Shown here piece after piece: positions 1 through 9,749 of a stretch of DNA of 64,000 nucleotides (positions are counted from its first letter, which is position 1; each line of letters begins with the position of its first letter). The notes below the pieces were generated by a model, which saw nothing but the letters and a program-made list of their open reading frames with translations, had not been told where the DNA came from and did not search any database. This DNA is from Mobula birostris. Lineage: Eukaryota. The stretch lies in NCBI RefSeq assembly GCF_030028105.1, contig NC_092370.1:117268221-117332220 (forward strand), read 5' to 3'. The translations under genes were made by a program, and so were the position numbers.

Positions 1-120
1 GAGTTGCTAGCTTGATGCTCAACCCAGCATGGATGGAAAGCGTGCAAGGGAGCCGGCTGGATTCGAACTCGGGAGCCTTCGCTCCGAAGTCCAGCGCTGA
101 TGCCACTACGCCACCAGCCA
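1..120 (-). mobile_element. tRNA-derived SINE, 5' head (truncated by window edge)
   Basis: Minus strand reads TGGCTGGTGGCGTAGTGGCATCAGCGC...GAGTTCGAATCC, giving Pol III A and B boxes followed by a non-tRNA body. Confidence 0.7.
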
Positions 121-174
121 GCACAGAAAATGGCCCGTGATACAAAATTCATTCCTGGAACAAATAGTCTCATA

Positions 175-480
175 GTTATGGTACAACATAGGACCTCTGC
201 CCACCAAGTACATACTAACCATTAAACACTCATTTTCCCCTCTGATCTTACACTAATCCACAAACCCACCAATTCCCCCAATATTCTATCACTTGTCTAC
301 ACACCTACAGCACCTTAAACCAATTACATGACCAACCTGCACACTCTGGGATGCGGGAGCAAACTGGAGCACCCAGAACAAACTCACGTTGTCAGAGGGG
401 AATGTGCAAACTCCACACAGACAGCACTGGAGATCAAGACTGAATCTGTGTCACTGGACCCTCTCTACTAGCCATGTCAT
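175..480 (-). mobile_element. V-SINE (HE1-like), degenerate
   Basis: Reverse complement of the V-domain core (gggagcaaactggagcacccag) plus a CR1-like tail. Confidence 0.55.
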
Positions 481-634
481 CATGCTACCCTCTTACAGTG
501 CTATGTCAAACTTCAAAAGCTACACTTTTCATTAGCTTTAGGTAAACTAAATACTTATCCATGACACTGTCTATACGAAATGGAGAAAATCGTACAGGGG
601 TTCTGCACTTCACCATAACAAGCACATGTAAAAT

Positions 635-970
635 GTACAACAGCCTCAGGACTCGCACCACAAGATGCAAGAACAGTTACTGCCCCACAAACATCAGGCT
701 CTTGAACGGAAGGGAATAACTACACTCACTTGCCCATCCATTCAGATGTTCCCACAACCAATAATCTCACTGTAAGGATTCCTTATCTCATGTTCTCATT
801 ACTTATTGTTATATTTGCATAGTTTGTCTTCGGCACTCTGATTGATCTTTCATTGATCCTGTTGTAGTTACTATTCTGTAGATTTGCTGAGTATGCCCGC
901 AGGAAAATGAATCTCAGGGTTTGCATATGGTGACATATATGCACTTTGATAATAAAATTTACTTTGAACG
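635..970 (+). mobile_element. Rex1/Babar LINE 3' end
   Basis: Rex1-type C-terminal/3'UTR sequence ending in gataataaaatttactttgaac. Confidence 0.5.
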
Positions 971-1344
971 GCAAACTGGTCAAGGGGTGGAGGTTAGACT
1001 AAGAGTGGTCCACCAATCCTTCACTTTCAGGGGTTCAACTCAGGGCTAACAACCCTGACTGGTCAAACAAGACTGTTAGGAAACAGCAAAGAAAAGAAGC
1101 TTCAGCTTGCCACAACATTAAAGGTATCAATTACACAGGAAATTCTCTGGACAGGGGTAGAGTCAATAAGACGCTCCTGATCTCTACAGCTATTTTATGG
1201 AGCTTCACAGGTCCAGAAGTTTACATCCTTTTTTTCTTAAGCAGATCTGAAGGGCTTATAGTAATGGGCCAAAAGATTCACTTCAATCAGTGCATTTTAC
1301 AGAGGATCCTCTGCTCTAGGTCATCCGTCTATAGAAGTTAAGTG

Positions 1345-1800
1345 ATTAAGTTAGAAGGGGCACAGAAAATGTGTTGCAAGGATGTTATCAGGACTGGAAG
1401 ATTTGAGCTGCAAGGAGAGACTGGGTAACCTGGAACTGCTTCCCCTGGAGTGAAGGAGGCTAACAGGTGTTTATAAAGTCATGGGAGTCACAGGTAAAGT
1501 GGATAGTCAGCTTTTTTCCCCAGGCTATGAGAGTCTAAAACCAGACGGCATAGGTTTAAGTTGAAAGGAGAAAGACTTATAGGGAACTTGAGGGACGGGT
1601 TTCCCCCATACACAGGGAGGTGTGTACATGGAATGAGTTGCCAGAGGAAATGATGCAATTACATTTAGAAGACATTTGGTCAGTGTGTAGACAGGAGAGG
1701 TTTAGAGGGATAGCGATCAACCACAGGGAATTGGGACTAGCTCAGGACACATTAGTTGGCACAGACAATTTGGGCCTAAGGGCCAGTTTCCGTGTTGCCC
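1345..1800 (+). mobile_element. CR1 (HER1-like) LINE 3' fragment
   Basis: Decayed ORF2 C-terminus (WNELPEE motif) followed by the 3' tail tgggcctaagggccagtttccgtgttg. Confidence 0.65.
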
Positions 1801-2102
1801 TTACGACAGGTTTTCCCCAAGGGCCAGTTTCCGTGTTGCCCTTACGACAGGTTTTCCCTAAGGGCCAGTTTCCGTGTTGCCCTTACGACAGGTTTTCCCT
1901 AAGGGCCAGTTTCCGTGTTGTCCTTACGACAGGTTTTCCCTAAGGGCCAGTTACCGTGTTGTCCTTACGACAAGTTTTCCCTAAGGGCCAGTTTCCATGT
2001 TGTCCTGACGACAGGTTTTCCCTAAGGGCCAGTTACCGTGTTGCCCTTACGACAGATTTTCCCCAAGGGCCAGTTTCCGTGTTGTCCTTACGACAAGTTT
2101 TC
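1775..2102. repeat. Tandem array, 41-bp unit x ~8
   Basis: Unit cctaagggccagtttccgtgttg(c/t)ccttacgacaggttttc repeated head-to-tail with no spacers. Confidence 0.95.
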
Positions 2103-2575
2103 TCGCTTCTCGACATGGGAGAGCAATTAGCAAACAACATTTTTGGAGTTCCCGTGCTAATCAGCACAACAGCATGGTGTTATTTTCTTCATGTCATACT
2201 ACAGCTCTTTTACAGGAACTGGTGCTTAGTAAAAGTGTATAGCAGGCAGAGACAGTAACAGCAACCCAAAAGGAAGAAATACTGGAAAACAAAAAGAGAC
2301 AGTTGCTGGTAATCTGAAATAAAAACAGAAAAAATTGGGGATAATCAACAGGCCAAGTTCTGATGAAAGGTCATTATTAAACTGAAACATTAGCTCCACT
2401 TCCCCCTGCACAGGTGCTGCCTGACTTTTTGAGTATACGACAGCTACTGTTTTAGTCGTTATATCATAAAGATCAACAAATGAGAAAGAAAGGAAAGGTA
2501 AAATTTAAATATAATGCTTACAGGTATGACTTACAGCCACTGTTTCTCTGTGATTCTCAACAAGCCAATACTTAC

Positions 2576-2673
2576 TGTGTAAGCTTGATAAGCATTGTTC
2601 GCAAGCTCCTTTTCATGGTCAGCAACTCCTGGTGACAGAGAGTTGTTCTCTGTTTTCACATCAGTGCCCTGAT
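2576..2673 (-). CDS. CNOT10: CNOT10 coding exon 2
   Basis: 98 nt, phase 1 to 0; encodes DQGTDVKTENNSLSPGVADHEKELANNAYQAYT. Confidence 0.9.
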
Positions 2674-3211
2674 CTACAACGCAAAGTCAAACATTTAACA
2701 GATCAACTCTAGTGACTAGTTTCTACACATGATAAAGAGTTAATAATTTCTTTGGAAATTTAATAAATACTGTACAGCTAAACTACGGGTAAACTTTACA
2801 AACACAATAAAGTTCGTCGTAGCACTTCCTTTCCTAAGAATTCAGTGGGGTCACAGACATGAGCCATAGGGAAATAATTAATTCAGCAATTGAGAAAATC
2901 GTTTACGTGTGGCTTCTGAGGAAGATTAATAGCGGGAAAGGACGACAAATGGGTGACTACACTGGGACAACAGCGGCTCCGCTCCACACAAACTGAGAAA
3001 TGGGACCAAAGGCAGCGTCCGGCTCGGGAGAGAGCGGGGATGATGTACTCAGAGGGGGAGGGCACGAGTGTCCGAGCTGCGGTGTCAGGAACGTGGATAT
3101 CCGGAGCCCCGACCACAGCCCCATTTCCACGGCCCGGTGCCCACCTCCAAAGTCCCGGACCCAATCCCCGACCTCACCCCCCGTTCCCGCCGTCGCTGTA
3201 GGCTCCGCCAT
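2576..3211 (-). CDS. CNOT10: CCR4-NOT transcription complex subunit 10, coding exons 1-2 (gene continues beyond window start)
   Basis: Exon 1 at 3211-3178 (ATG, GTGAGG donor, phase 1) plus exon 2 at 2673-2576 (ttgtag acceptor, GTAAGT donor) splice to MAEPTATAGTGDQGTDVKTENNSLSPGVADHEKELANNAYQAYT. This matches the recalled human N-terminus MAADKPADQG...DQEKELSTNAFQAFT. Confidence 0.88.
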
Positions 3212-3560
3212 CACCGTCGCTAACGACCCGTTTACTGTGCACCAATCACGGGGGAGACGCAGGAAAATAACATCACTTCCTCCGAACGGCAGCGAGTCGG
3301 AGCCCCGGCTCAAAATAGCCTCGGTCCAAGCCCCGCCCCTGACCACCAAGCCCCGCCCCGCCCCCGCCCCCGCCCCCACGATCGATGGGACGGGACGTCC
3401 GGTCACTGCGCCCCGCTGTGAGAGCCCCTTAGGGGCGGTGCAATGGTCACTTCTGTCCCTGCGGTCAGGTGCCTTCGGCACTGGTGGGGGGCACAGAGGA
3501 TGAAGTTCAGTTTTCTCCTCGCGTTGATTCACCCGCTGCCTCCTGCAGACCCAGTCCTGG
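2960..3560 (-). promoter_or_regulatory. CpG-island promoter of CNOT10
   Basis: CpG-dense. CCAAT at ~3242, ETS-like ACTTCC at ~3274, cluster of CCCCGCCCC Sp1 boxes at ~3330-3378 and GGGCGG at ~3433. Confidence 0.8.
3178..3211 (-). CDS. CNOT10: CNOT10 coding exon 1
   Basis: gtgATGG Kozak context, MAEPTATAGTG, donor GTGAGG, inside a CpG island. Confidence 0.82.
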
Positions 3561-3589
3561 CAGACGTCCTCAGGCCTGAGCCTGAATTT

Positions 3590-3840
3590 TATTCACTTGT
3601 TGAGATACAGCGAGGAACAGGTCGTTGGAGCTACCCTCCAATTTGAATCCTGGCCTAATCACAGGACAATTTACAGTGACCGGTACGTCTTTGGACTGTG
3701 GGAGGAAACTGGAGCACCCGGAGGAAACCCACACGGTCGCAGGGAGAACGTACAAACACTCTTACAGACAGTGGCGGGAATTGAACCTGGGTCTCTGGTC
3801 CTGTGAAGTGTTGTGATCACCACCACACTACCGTGCCACC
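3590..3840 (-). mobile_element. V-SINE
   Basis: tgtgggaggaaactggagcacccggaggaaacccac is the reverse-complemented V-domain; tRNA-like head at the right end. Confidence 0.75.
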
Positions 3841-5534
3841 ATCTGAGTCTACAAATCAGTACAACGGCTCCGAAGCCATTCTGAGTGATGAATGGTGAGC
3901 TCCCTACCCAGTTACTCTCACTGGTTCTTCTGAATGTTCTTCAAGATTGAGAGGAAGTGAAAGTTGTCCTCTCCCATGCCCTGAGACTCCATGAAGGATG
4001 GAAAACAAATATGGGTGCATCTGCTCGAATCTGAAGCAAACAACAAATGCTGGAAGAACTCCCGATGGGCAGCATCTGTGGAAAGAGAAAGAGGGAAAAC
4101 TTTGAGCTCTTGGCCTGAGATCTCCCTCCTGCCTAAGTCCACTGTGCCACTTGTCTGCTGGACTAGTCCTGCTGATGGCGGAGGCCATGCCCAGGGATGT
4201 GATGGAGGAGCCCAGAATATGTGAAGCTGTGACTCTGGCTGTTGCTTTGCTTGTCAGATCCAGATTCACCTATTAATCACAGGTACATCAAAGCACACAG
4301 TGAGATGGAGTTCGAGTTAACAACCGTGGGATGTGCTGGGGGCAGTTCACAAGCGTCACCTTATCTAGCGTCAACATTGCACGCCCACCATGTTCCACTG
4401 AAAAACACAAGCAAAAACAGCAATAGCGACGCAACAAACCCCTTTCTCCCGCCCCCACACACAAACAGTCTCCAACCCTGGAACACGCCATCTCTCGGCT
4501 CCCAACCTACAGTGCCTGGTCTGGACTTGCAGACATCGGGGTTTCTAATTTCCAGACTAATTGAGCATTGAACCTCGCCAACTTTAGACTTTGACCTTCG
4601 GGCTTCAACCTTTGATATCAACCCCAGGACTTGCCGATTACAGCCTGGCCTCGGACTCTGGATTTGCACAGGTTTCCAACCCCAGAATTTGCCAGCCTGA
4701 GGTATCATGCCCGACACAATTCTCAGACTTGCAGTCCCTGGGCCTCCGACTTCCGGACATGTTTCCATAGACACCACAGAGTGTATGTTCCTCCGCAGAT
4801 CGAGCATTCGTAGCAAATTGCACTAGGATCTGGTTCTTCAGAAACATCTCCCAATTTATGGGAGCCTCTGTAGAATGTAGAATTTTGGAAGACAATCCCT
4901 ATCACTTTCTGTTGTTTCAACTATCGTCTTTAAAACCTTCTGGGAATGAATTGGCTTCCAGTCCTTTAAGGGTTTCATAGCTAGCTTTCCTTTCCTAGTA
5001 CTCCACAAAGCATACAGCCTCAAGCTGAAATCATGTCTTGCATTGGGCACTGTATCTCCAGAAATGAAACCAATGAGAGATGTGACTGAATGCCTTACAA
5101 AAGTCCATGAGGACAAAATCATCTTTCCCTTGATATGAGATTCAATGTCCTGTAATTTCCAGGATTATCCTTATTTCCCTTCTTCCTCACAGATAATCTT
5201 CATTGTACTGGAGAACCACACACACAAGTGCTTCTGTGGATAAGTAAGCCAAGTATAGCTCTCTTTGGTTAATAGACAACTGTACCATGCCCCCATAGTG
5301 CAGGTGAGTGGTAAAACTTGGGGAATGTGGGGAAATTAAAAGATTTTAAGTGCAGTATTGGTGTAGACAGGTTCCTCAAGGGCCTATTTTTGGGCTGACG
5401 GGACTATGAGACTGATTTTTTTTCTGAACAGCCGTGCAAGGCAAAATGTCCTCTTCCTGTTTCTCTCCCTTATTTTCTTATGATGAAAATGGAGGCTCTT
5501 GTGCAGCAAGGGCTGCTGAGGACAAGGTTCTCTT

Positions 5535-6320
5535 GCAGTCACAAACATGAAAAAATCTGCAAATGCTGGAAATCCAAAGTAACAACACACACACAATGCT
5601 GGAGGAACTCAGCAGGCCAGGTAGTATCTGTGGAAAAGAGTAAACAGTCGTCATTTCAGGCTGAGACCCTTCATCGGGACTCTGTTCTGGTCCTGATGAA
5701 AGGTCTTGGCCTGAAACGTAGCTTGTTTACTCTTTTCTATAGATGCTACCGTTGGGCTTGCAAACACGAGGAAATCTGCAGATGCTGGAATTTCAAGCAA
5801 CACACATAAAAGTTGCTGGTAAACGTAGCAGGCCAGGCAGCATCTCTAGGAAGAGGTACAGTCAACGTTTCGGGCCGAGACTAGGCACATAGAAACATAG
5901 AAAATAGGTGCAGGAGTAGGCCATTCGGCCCTTCGAGCCTGCACCGCCATTTATTATGATCATGGCTGATCATCCAACTCAGAACCCCGCCCCAGCCTTC
6001 CCTCCATACCCCCTGATCCCCGTAGCCACAAGGGCCATATCTAACTAACTGAAAGAAGAGCTAGTAGCTATGTCTATCCACAGCCTCCTCTACTGTGAAG
6101 ATGAAGCCACACTCAGGTTGGAGGAACAACACCTTATATTCCGTCTGGGTAGCCTCCAACCTGATGGCATGAACATTGACTTCTGAAACTTCTGCTAATG
6201 CCCCACCTCTCCCTCGTACCCTCTTGTTGAGATGCTGCCTGGCCTGCTGCGTTCACCAGCAACTTTTATGTGTGTTACTACCTTTGGACTGCTGAGTTCC
6301 TCGAGAATTTTGTGTGTGTC
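5535..6320. mobile_element. Cluster of Penelope-like element (PLE) fragments with an inserted CR1 3' tail
   Basis: Terminal-repeat motifs (atgctggaggaactcagcaggccagg); GIY-YIG endonuclease C-terminus [33 protein letters not shown] at ~6075-6185; minus-strand CR1 tail at ~5888-6045. Confidence 0.75.
5688..5722 (+). ncRNA. Hammerhead-ribozyme-like motif (minimal type I) in a PLE repeat
   Basis: GGTC-CTGATGA-A-AGGT-CTTG-GCCT-GAAAC-GTA: core and stem II intact, stem I degenerate. Confidence 0.5.
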
Positions 6321-6339
6321 CTTCCGTAATGGATGCGGC

Positions 6340-7260
6340 CACACAATGGGGCTGATGAGCGCGGGAGAGGGCTGGCTCCTGCTGTTACAGGCGTCACCAC
6401 TCGGTGGGGCTGCTGAGCAGGAAAGGCGCGTTGTGACCGGCTCCTGCTCTTACAGGCGTCACCACTACGTGGGGCTGCTGAACAAGGGGGAAAGGGGACG
6501 CGTTGTGACCGGCTCCTGCTGTTACAGGCGTCACCACTCGGTGGGGCTGCTGAGCAGGAAAGGCGCGTTGTGACCGGCTCCTGCTGTTACAGGCGTCACC
6601 ACTCGGTGGGGCTGCTGAGCAGGAAAGGCGCGTTGTGACCGGCTCCTGCTGTTACAGGCGTCACCACTCGGTGGGGCTGCTGAGCAGGAAAGGCGCGTTG
6701 TGACCGGCTCCTGCTGTTACAGGCGTCACCACTCGGTGGGGCTGCTGAGCGGCTCGGACGGAGTCGTGACGCGTCTCCCAGGCTGTGAGAGTCGATCGCG
6801 ATCCCGCTCTTTGAGCTTCGGTTTCTTCGCTTGGGGTCGGCTGGGCCTGGCGAGGGTGAGTCGGGGCTTGGGATGGTGGTAGCAGCCCGGCAATCAGTCT
6901 CCACCTACAGCCCAGTGGGTCTGGGCCGGGTAAGGACGGCGGTGGGCCCCGCACCTTGGGGTGAGGGCCTGTCGCCGGTGTCCCGGGGAGGGGAAGGGGG
7001 AGATGGGCTAAATTCTCGGCCTGTCCCCAGTGAAAGATCCCGCGCTACAGCTGGTGCCCGCTGATCCTGAAGGGGAGTTCCGCGGGGCGCTGCGGATATT
7101 CTGGCTTCAGGGGGGAGAGATGGCATCAGTGCAGGGCATTAACGAGGAACTGGCCTCGAGGGTACTCAACGGGGTCGAGCAGATGTTCCCTGGAGCGGAG
7201 GCTGTGAGGGGCCGATGCAGATTGACAAAGTTGATAGGGGTGGGGGCAGTAGAATGGAGA
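6340..7260 (+). promoter_or_regulatory. CpG island, promoter and non-coding exon 1 of SLC39A6
   Basis: CpG-rich. Strong donor AGG|GTGAGT with the exon ending at 6855; the next acceptor (9036) lies 5 nt upstream of the ATG. Confidence 0.75.
6374..6750. repeat. Tandem array, 65-bp unit x ~6, in the SLC39A6 promoter
   Basis: Unit ggctcctgctgttacaggcgtcaccactcggtggggctgctgagcaggaaaggcgcgttgtgacc; 65-bp period seen at 6531, 6596 and 6661. Confidence 0.95.
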
Positions 7261-7530
7261 CCCCCCCCCCCACGGAAGAATGTATTTTATTGTTAAACAT
7301 GTACTGAGGTACAGTGAAGAAACAACTCTGCAAGCTATCCATCCAAAACATATGCTGTACCTCTTCCTAGAGATGCTGCCTGGCCTGCTGCGTTCAGCAA
7401 TGATTTTTATGCGTGTTGCTATCCAAAACATAGTGTTTTGGGAGAGTACAGGGGAAATGCAGTAGCAGAATGCAGAATAAAGGTATTAATGTAGATGGGT
7501 GTAGTAGGTAGCATGAACATAATGGGCTGG

Positions 7531-8117
7531 CAGACATCCCACCTCTCCTGGAAGTTCCGGGAGTCTCCCGCATGTCGATAGCGGCTCCCTGATGCCGGGC
7601 AATTATATACAATATCCCGGAAATCGATTTTTTTGAGAGTGAGTGGGAGAGCGAGCATCCTGATCGGTCTCGCTTCGTGCTAAGTAGACCTATCAGTTTT
7701 CTCTGTGGGCGGGCTTTACGGTGGACCTCAAAAGTAATGACAGTGTGCCTCGCTGCACTGTTCACGACATGTGACTTTTCCATTGCCCATGATGGGTTAA
7801 AATGTAAAAGACTTGTTGAGGTGAGTTTAACACGTGTCATCTGTTCATTAGCGTAGCTAACGTTATTTAAACTGGTTGGCTAGCTAGCTGCTCTATTGAT
7901 GTCCTATGTGATGAGGACAAACTCCCTTTAGACTTGCTTCAAGTCGTAATAGAATAAACATGATAATATTTTAATGTCAGATTTTCTGCATATACCTAAC
8001 TTGGTTTACAGATTAGACAAAATCACTAAACAAAATATTACATTCATCCTTGGAGGTCGACCGGGGGAGGAGGGGTGCTACCTCCCTGAAATGAGTTTTT
8101 GCAGGTTGGGATATCTG
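7531..8117. mobile_element. Non-autonomous DNA transposon (hAT-like MITE) with 6-bp TSD
   Basis: Ends CAGACATCCCACC ... GGTTGGGATATCTG; GGCTGG duplicated at 7525-7530 and 8118-8123. Confidence 0.75.
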
Positions 8118-8843
8118 GGCTGGAGGACACCACTGCATTGTGTGACTCCATGAAGAAGTGTGAGGCAGAATATTGAGTGATGTGCAGAAGCAGGGGATAT
8201 CCTCAAAGGTTAATAAGAATGCTCCCTTTATTAACTGAGGTACAGAATACAGAGCTAGAAGGTCATGCTAGACCTGAATACAACTGTAGCTGGTCACAAA
8301 TTGAATACAATTCTGGTCACTTTATAAAAACACTGCATCAGGTATACTGGATACATCGCTGGGGGGAAAAAAAGAATTAGCTGTAAGGAACTGGGTCATT
8401 TTGTTTTTGAAGAAGTTTAATTTAGATGTATAAAATTACTAGATGGACTAAGGTAAACTAAATATCTGAGTGGAGGAATCAAAAGCCAAACAGAATAGAT
8501 GTAATTTGTAGAATAATTATTGGGGAGATGAAGAAACAAAATTGATCCGGAGAGTGGTGGGGATCTAGAATTTGCTGTCTGAAGGGGTGAGAACACCTCA
8601 GCACACCCAGATAATATTGGAGACGTACTTGAAGAGCTATACTCTGCAGGGTCAGGGACCCCCTGCTGGAAGGTGGAGTTGAAAATTGACATAAAGGACT
8701 TCTGTGCCATAAACTTTATATGAATCTGAGGTGCCAATAAAATGTCCCAACAAGTGAATGGAACAGGTGATCTGAACGTTTTACCAGAACCTGAATTTGT
8801 TGGAAAGTTGCAAGCCCCTTTAAACTGCTGTACTGTAGTCGTC

Positions 8844-8985
8844 ACACACAAAATGCCGGAGGAACTCAGCAAGCCAGGCAGCATCTACGGAAAAGAGTAA
8901 CCATAGATTCTGACTGGCCTGCTGAGTTCCTCCAGCATTTTGTGGGTGTTGCTCGGATTTCCAGCATCTGCAGATTTCCTCTTGT
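8844..8985. mobile_element. PLE-derived foldback element
   Basis: cacacaaaatgccggaggaactcagcaagccag ... ctggcctgctgagttcctccagcattttgtg form inverted arms. Confidence 0.7.
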
Positions 8986-9041
8986 ACTGTGGATTTCCTC
9001 TGACGGCGTGCGTATAAACACTCCTTTTTTTGGCAGGGGTA

Positions 9042-9749
9042 ATGGCAGAAGGGAGGATTTGTGCCCTCAGTTTTCTCTCGGTATGCCTGTTGACCTTCCT
9101 TTGGAACAAGTGCAGTGGCCTTGCCGATCATGTTGCAGAATGTCCTGTGCTTGGTGAGCATAACCACATAGAGCAGCCAGATCCAACGTCTGTGGCTATG
9201 GACAGGCGCAAGGCAAAGTTTGAGCAGAAGTATTACCTGCACAAGCTGTTCAGTCAATATGGTGAAAACGGTACACTCACAATGGAGGGACTGGAGAAGT
9301 TACTGTGCAACATCGGGGTCGGAGGGATTGGGACGATGGTAACCAACCACGAGCACGTAGACCACGTCGCCAAGAAACGCACAGTGTTAGCGGAAGGAAC
9401 CATCCGTCACCACTGTTGTCCCAGCTGCCGACAGATCCAGTTGAAAATCGGCTTGCAGACCACTCCCAAAGAGGTTGGGCATTTCCCAAAGTTGGTCTTG
9501 TCTAGCGATAAATCTGGAGAAGAGCAGCACGCGAGGCCGGCACGCAGCCCTCCCAGTATAGTGTCCCTGCCAACTGAACCATCGGCACCCCTTGAGCTGG
9601 GTGCCCAGCTTGCCACAACAGTTTGGTACCCCAGCAATGCAGGGAGACAACTGCCGCCTGCATATTCCACCCACGAGGTTGCCAAAGAGGCCCAGAAGAG
9701 AAATCATCTGCCTGAAGAGCATGTAGATAAAGACTTGAAGAAAGAAGAG
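9042..9749 (+). CDS. SLC39A6: SLC39A6 coding exon 1 (signal peptide and ectodomain)
   Basis: [21 protein letters not shown]...[25 protein letters not shown]...KKEE, then donor gtaaga. Confidence 0.93.

Noticed and set aside
40-120. tRNA gene (also at ~29495-29570)
   Set aside because: A/B boxes are present but there is no complete cloverleaf and the sequence continues into a SINE body.
1140-1335. Candidate CNOT10 exon 3 on the minus strand
   Set aside because: The frames tried are interrupted by stops and show no similarity to the expected SGNYDACL.. sequence; exon 3 probably lies outside the window.
2883-3646. Several 60-190 aa ORFs in the CpG island; possible ELP2 first exon
   Set aside because: GC-rich chance ORFs. 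Only the 34-nt CNOT10 exon is supported by splice and homology evidence, and there is no ELP2-like WD40 sequence.
1775-6750. 41-bp and 65-bp arrays as CRISPR-like loci
   Set aside because: Units are contiguous with no unique spacers, the context is eukaryotic, and there are no cas genes.
6340-7260. MTF-1 metal response elements in the zinc transporter promoter
   Set aside because: No clear TGCRCNC core found by eye on either strand.
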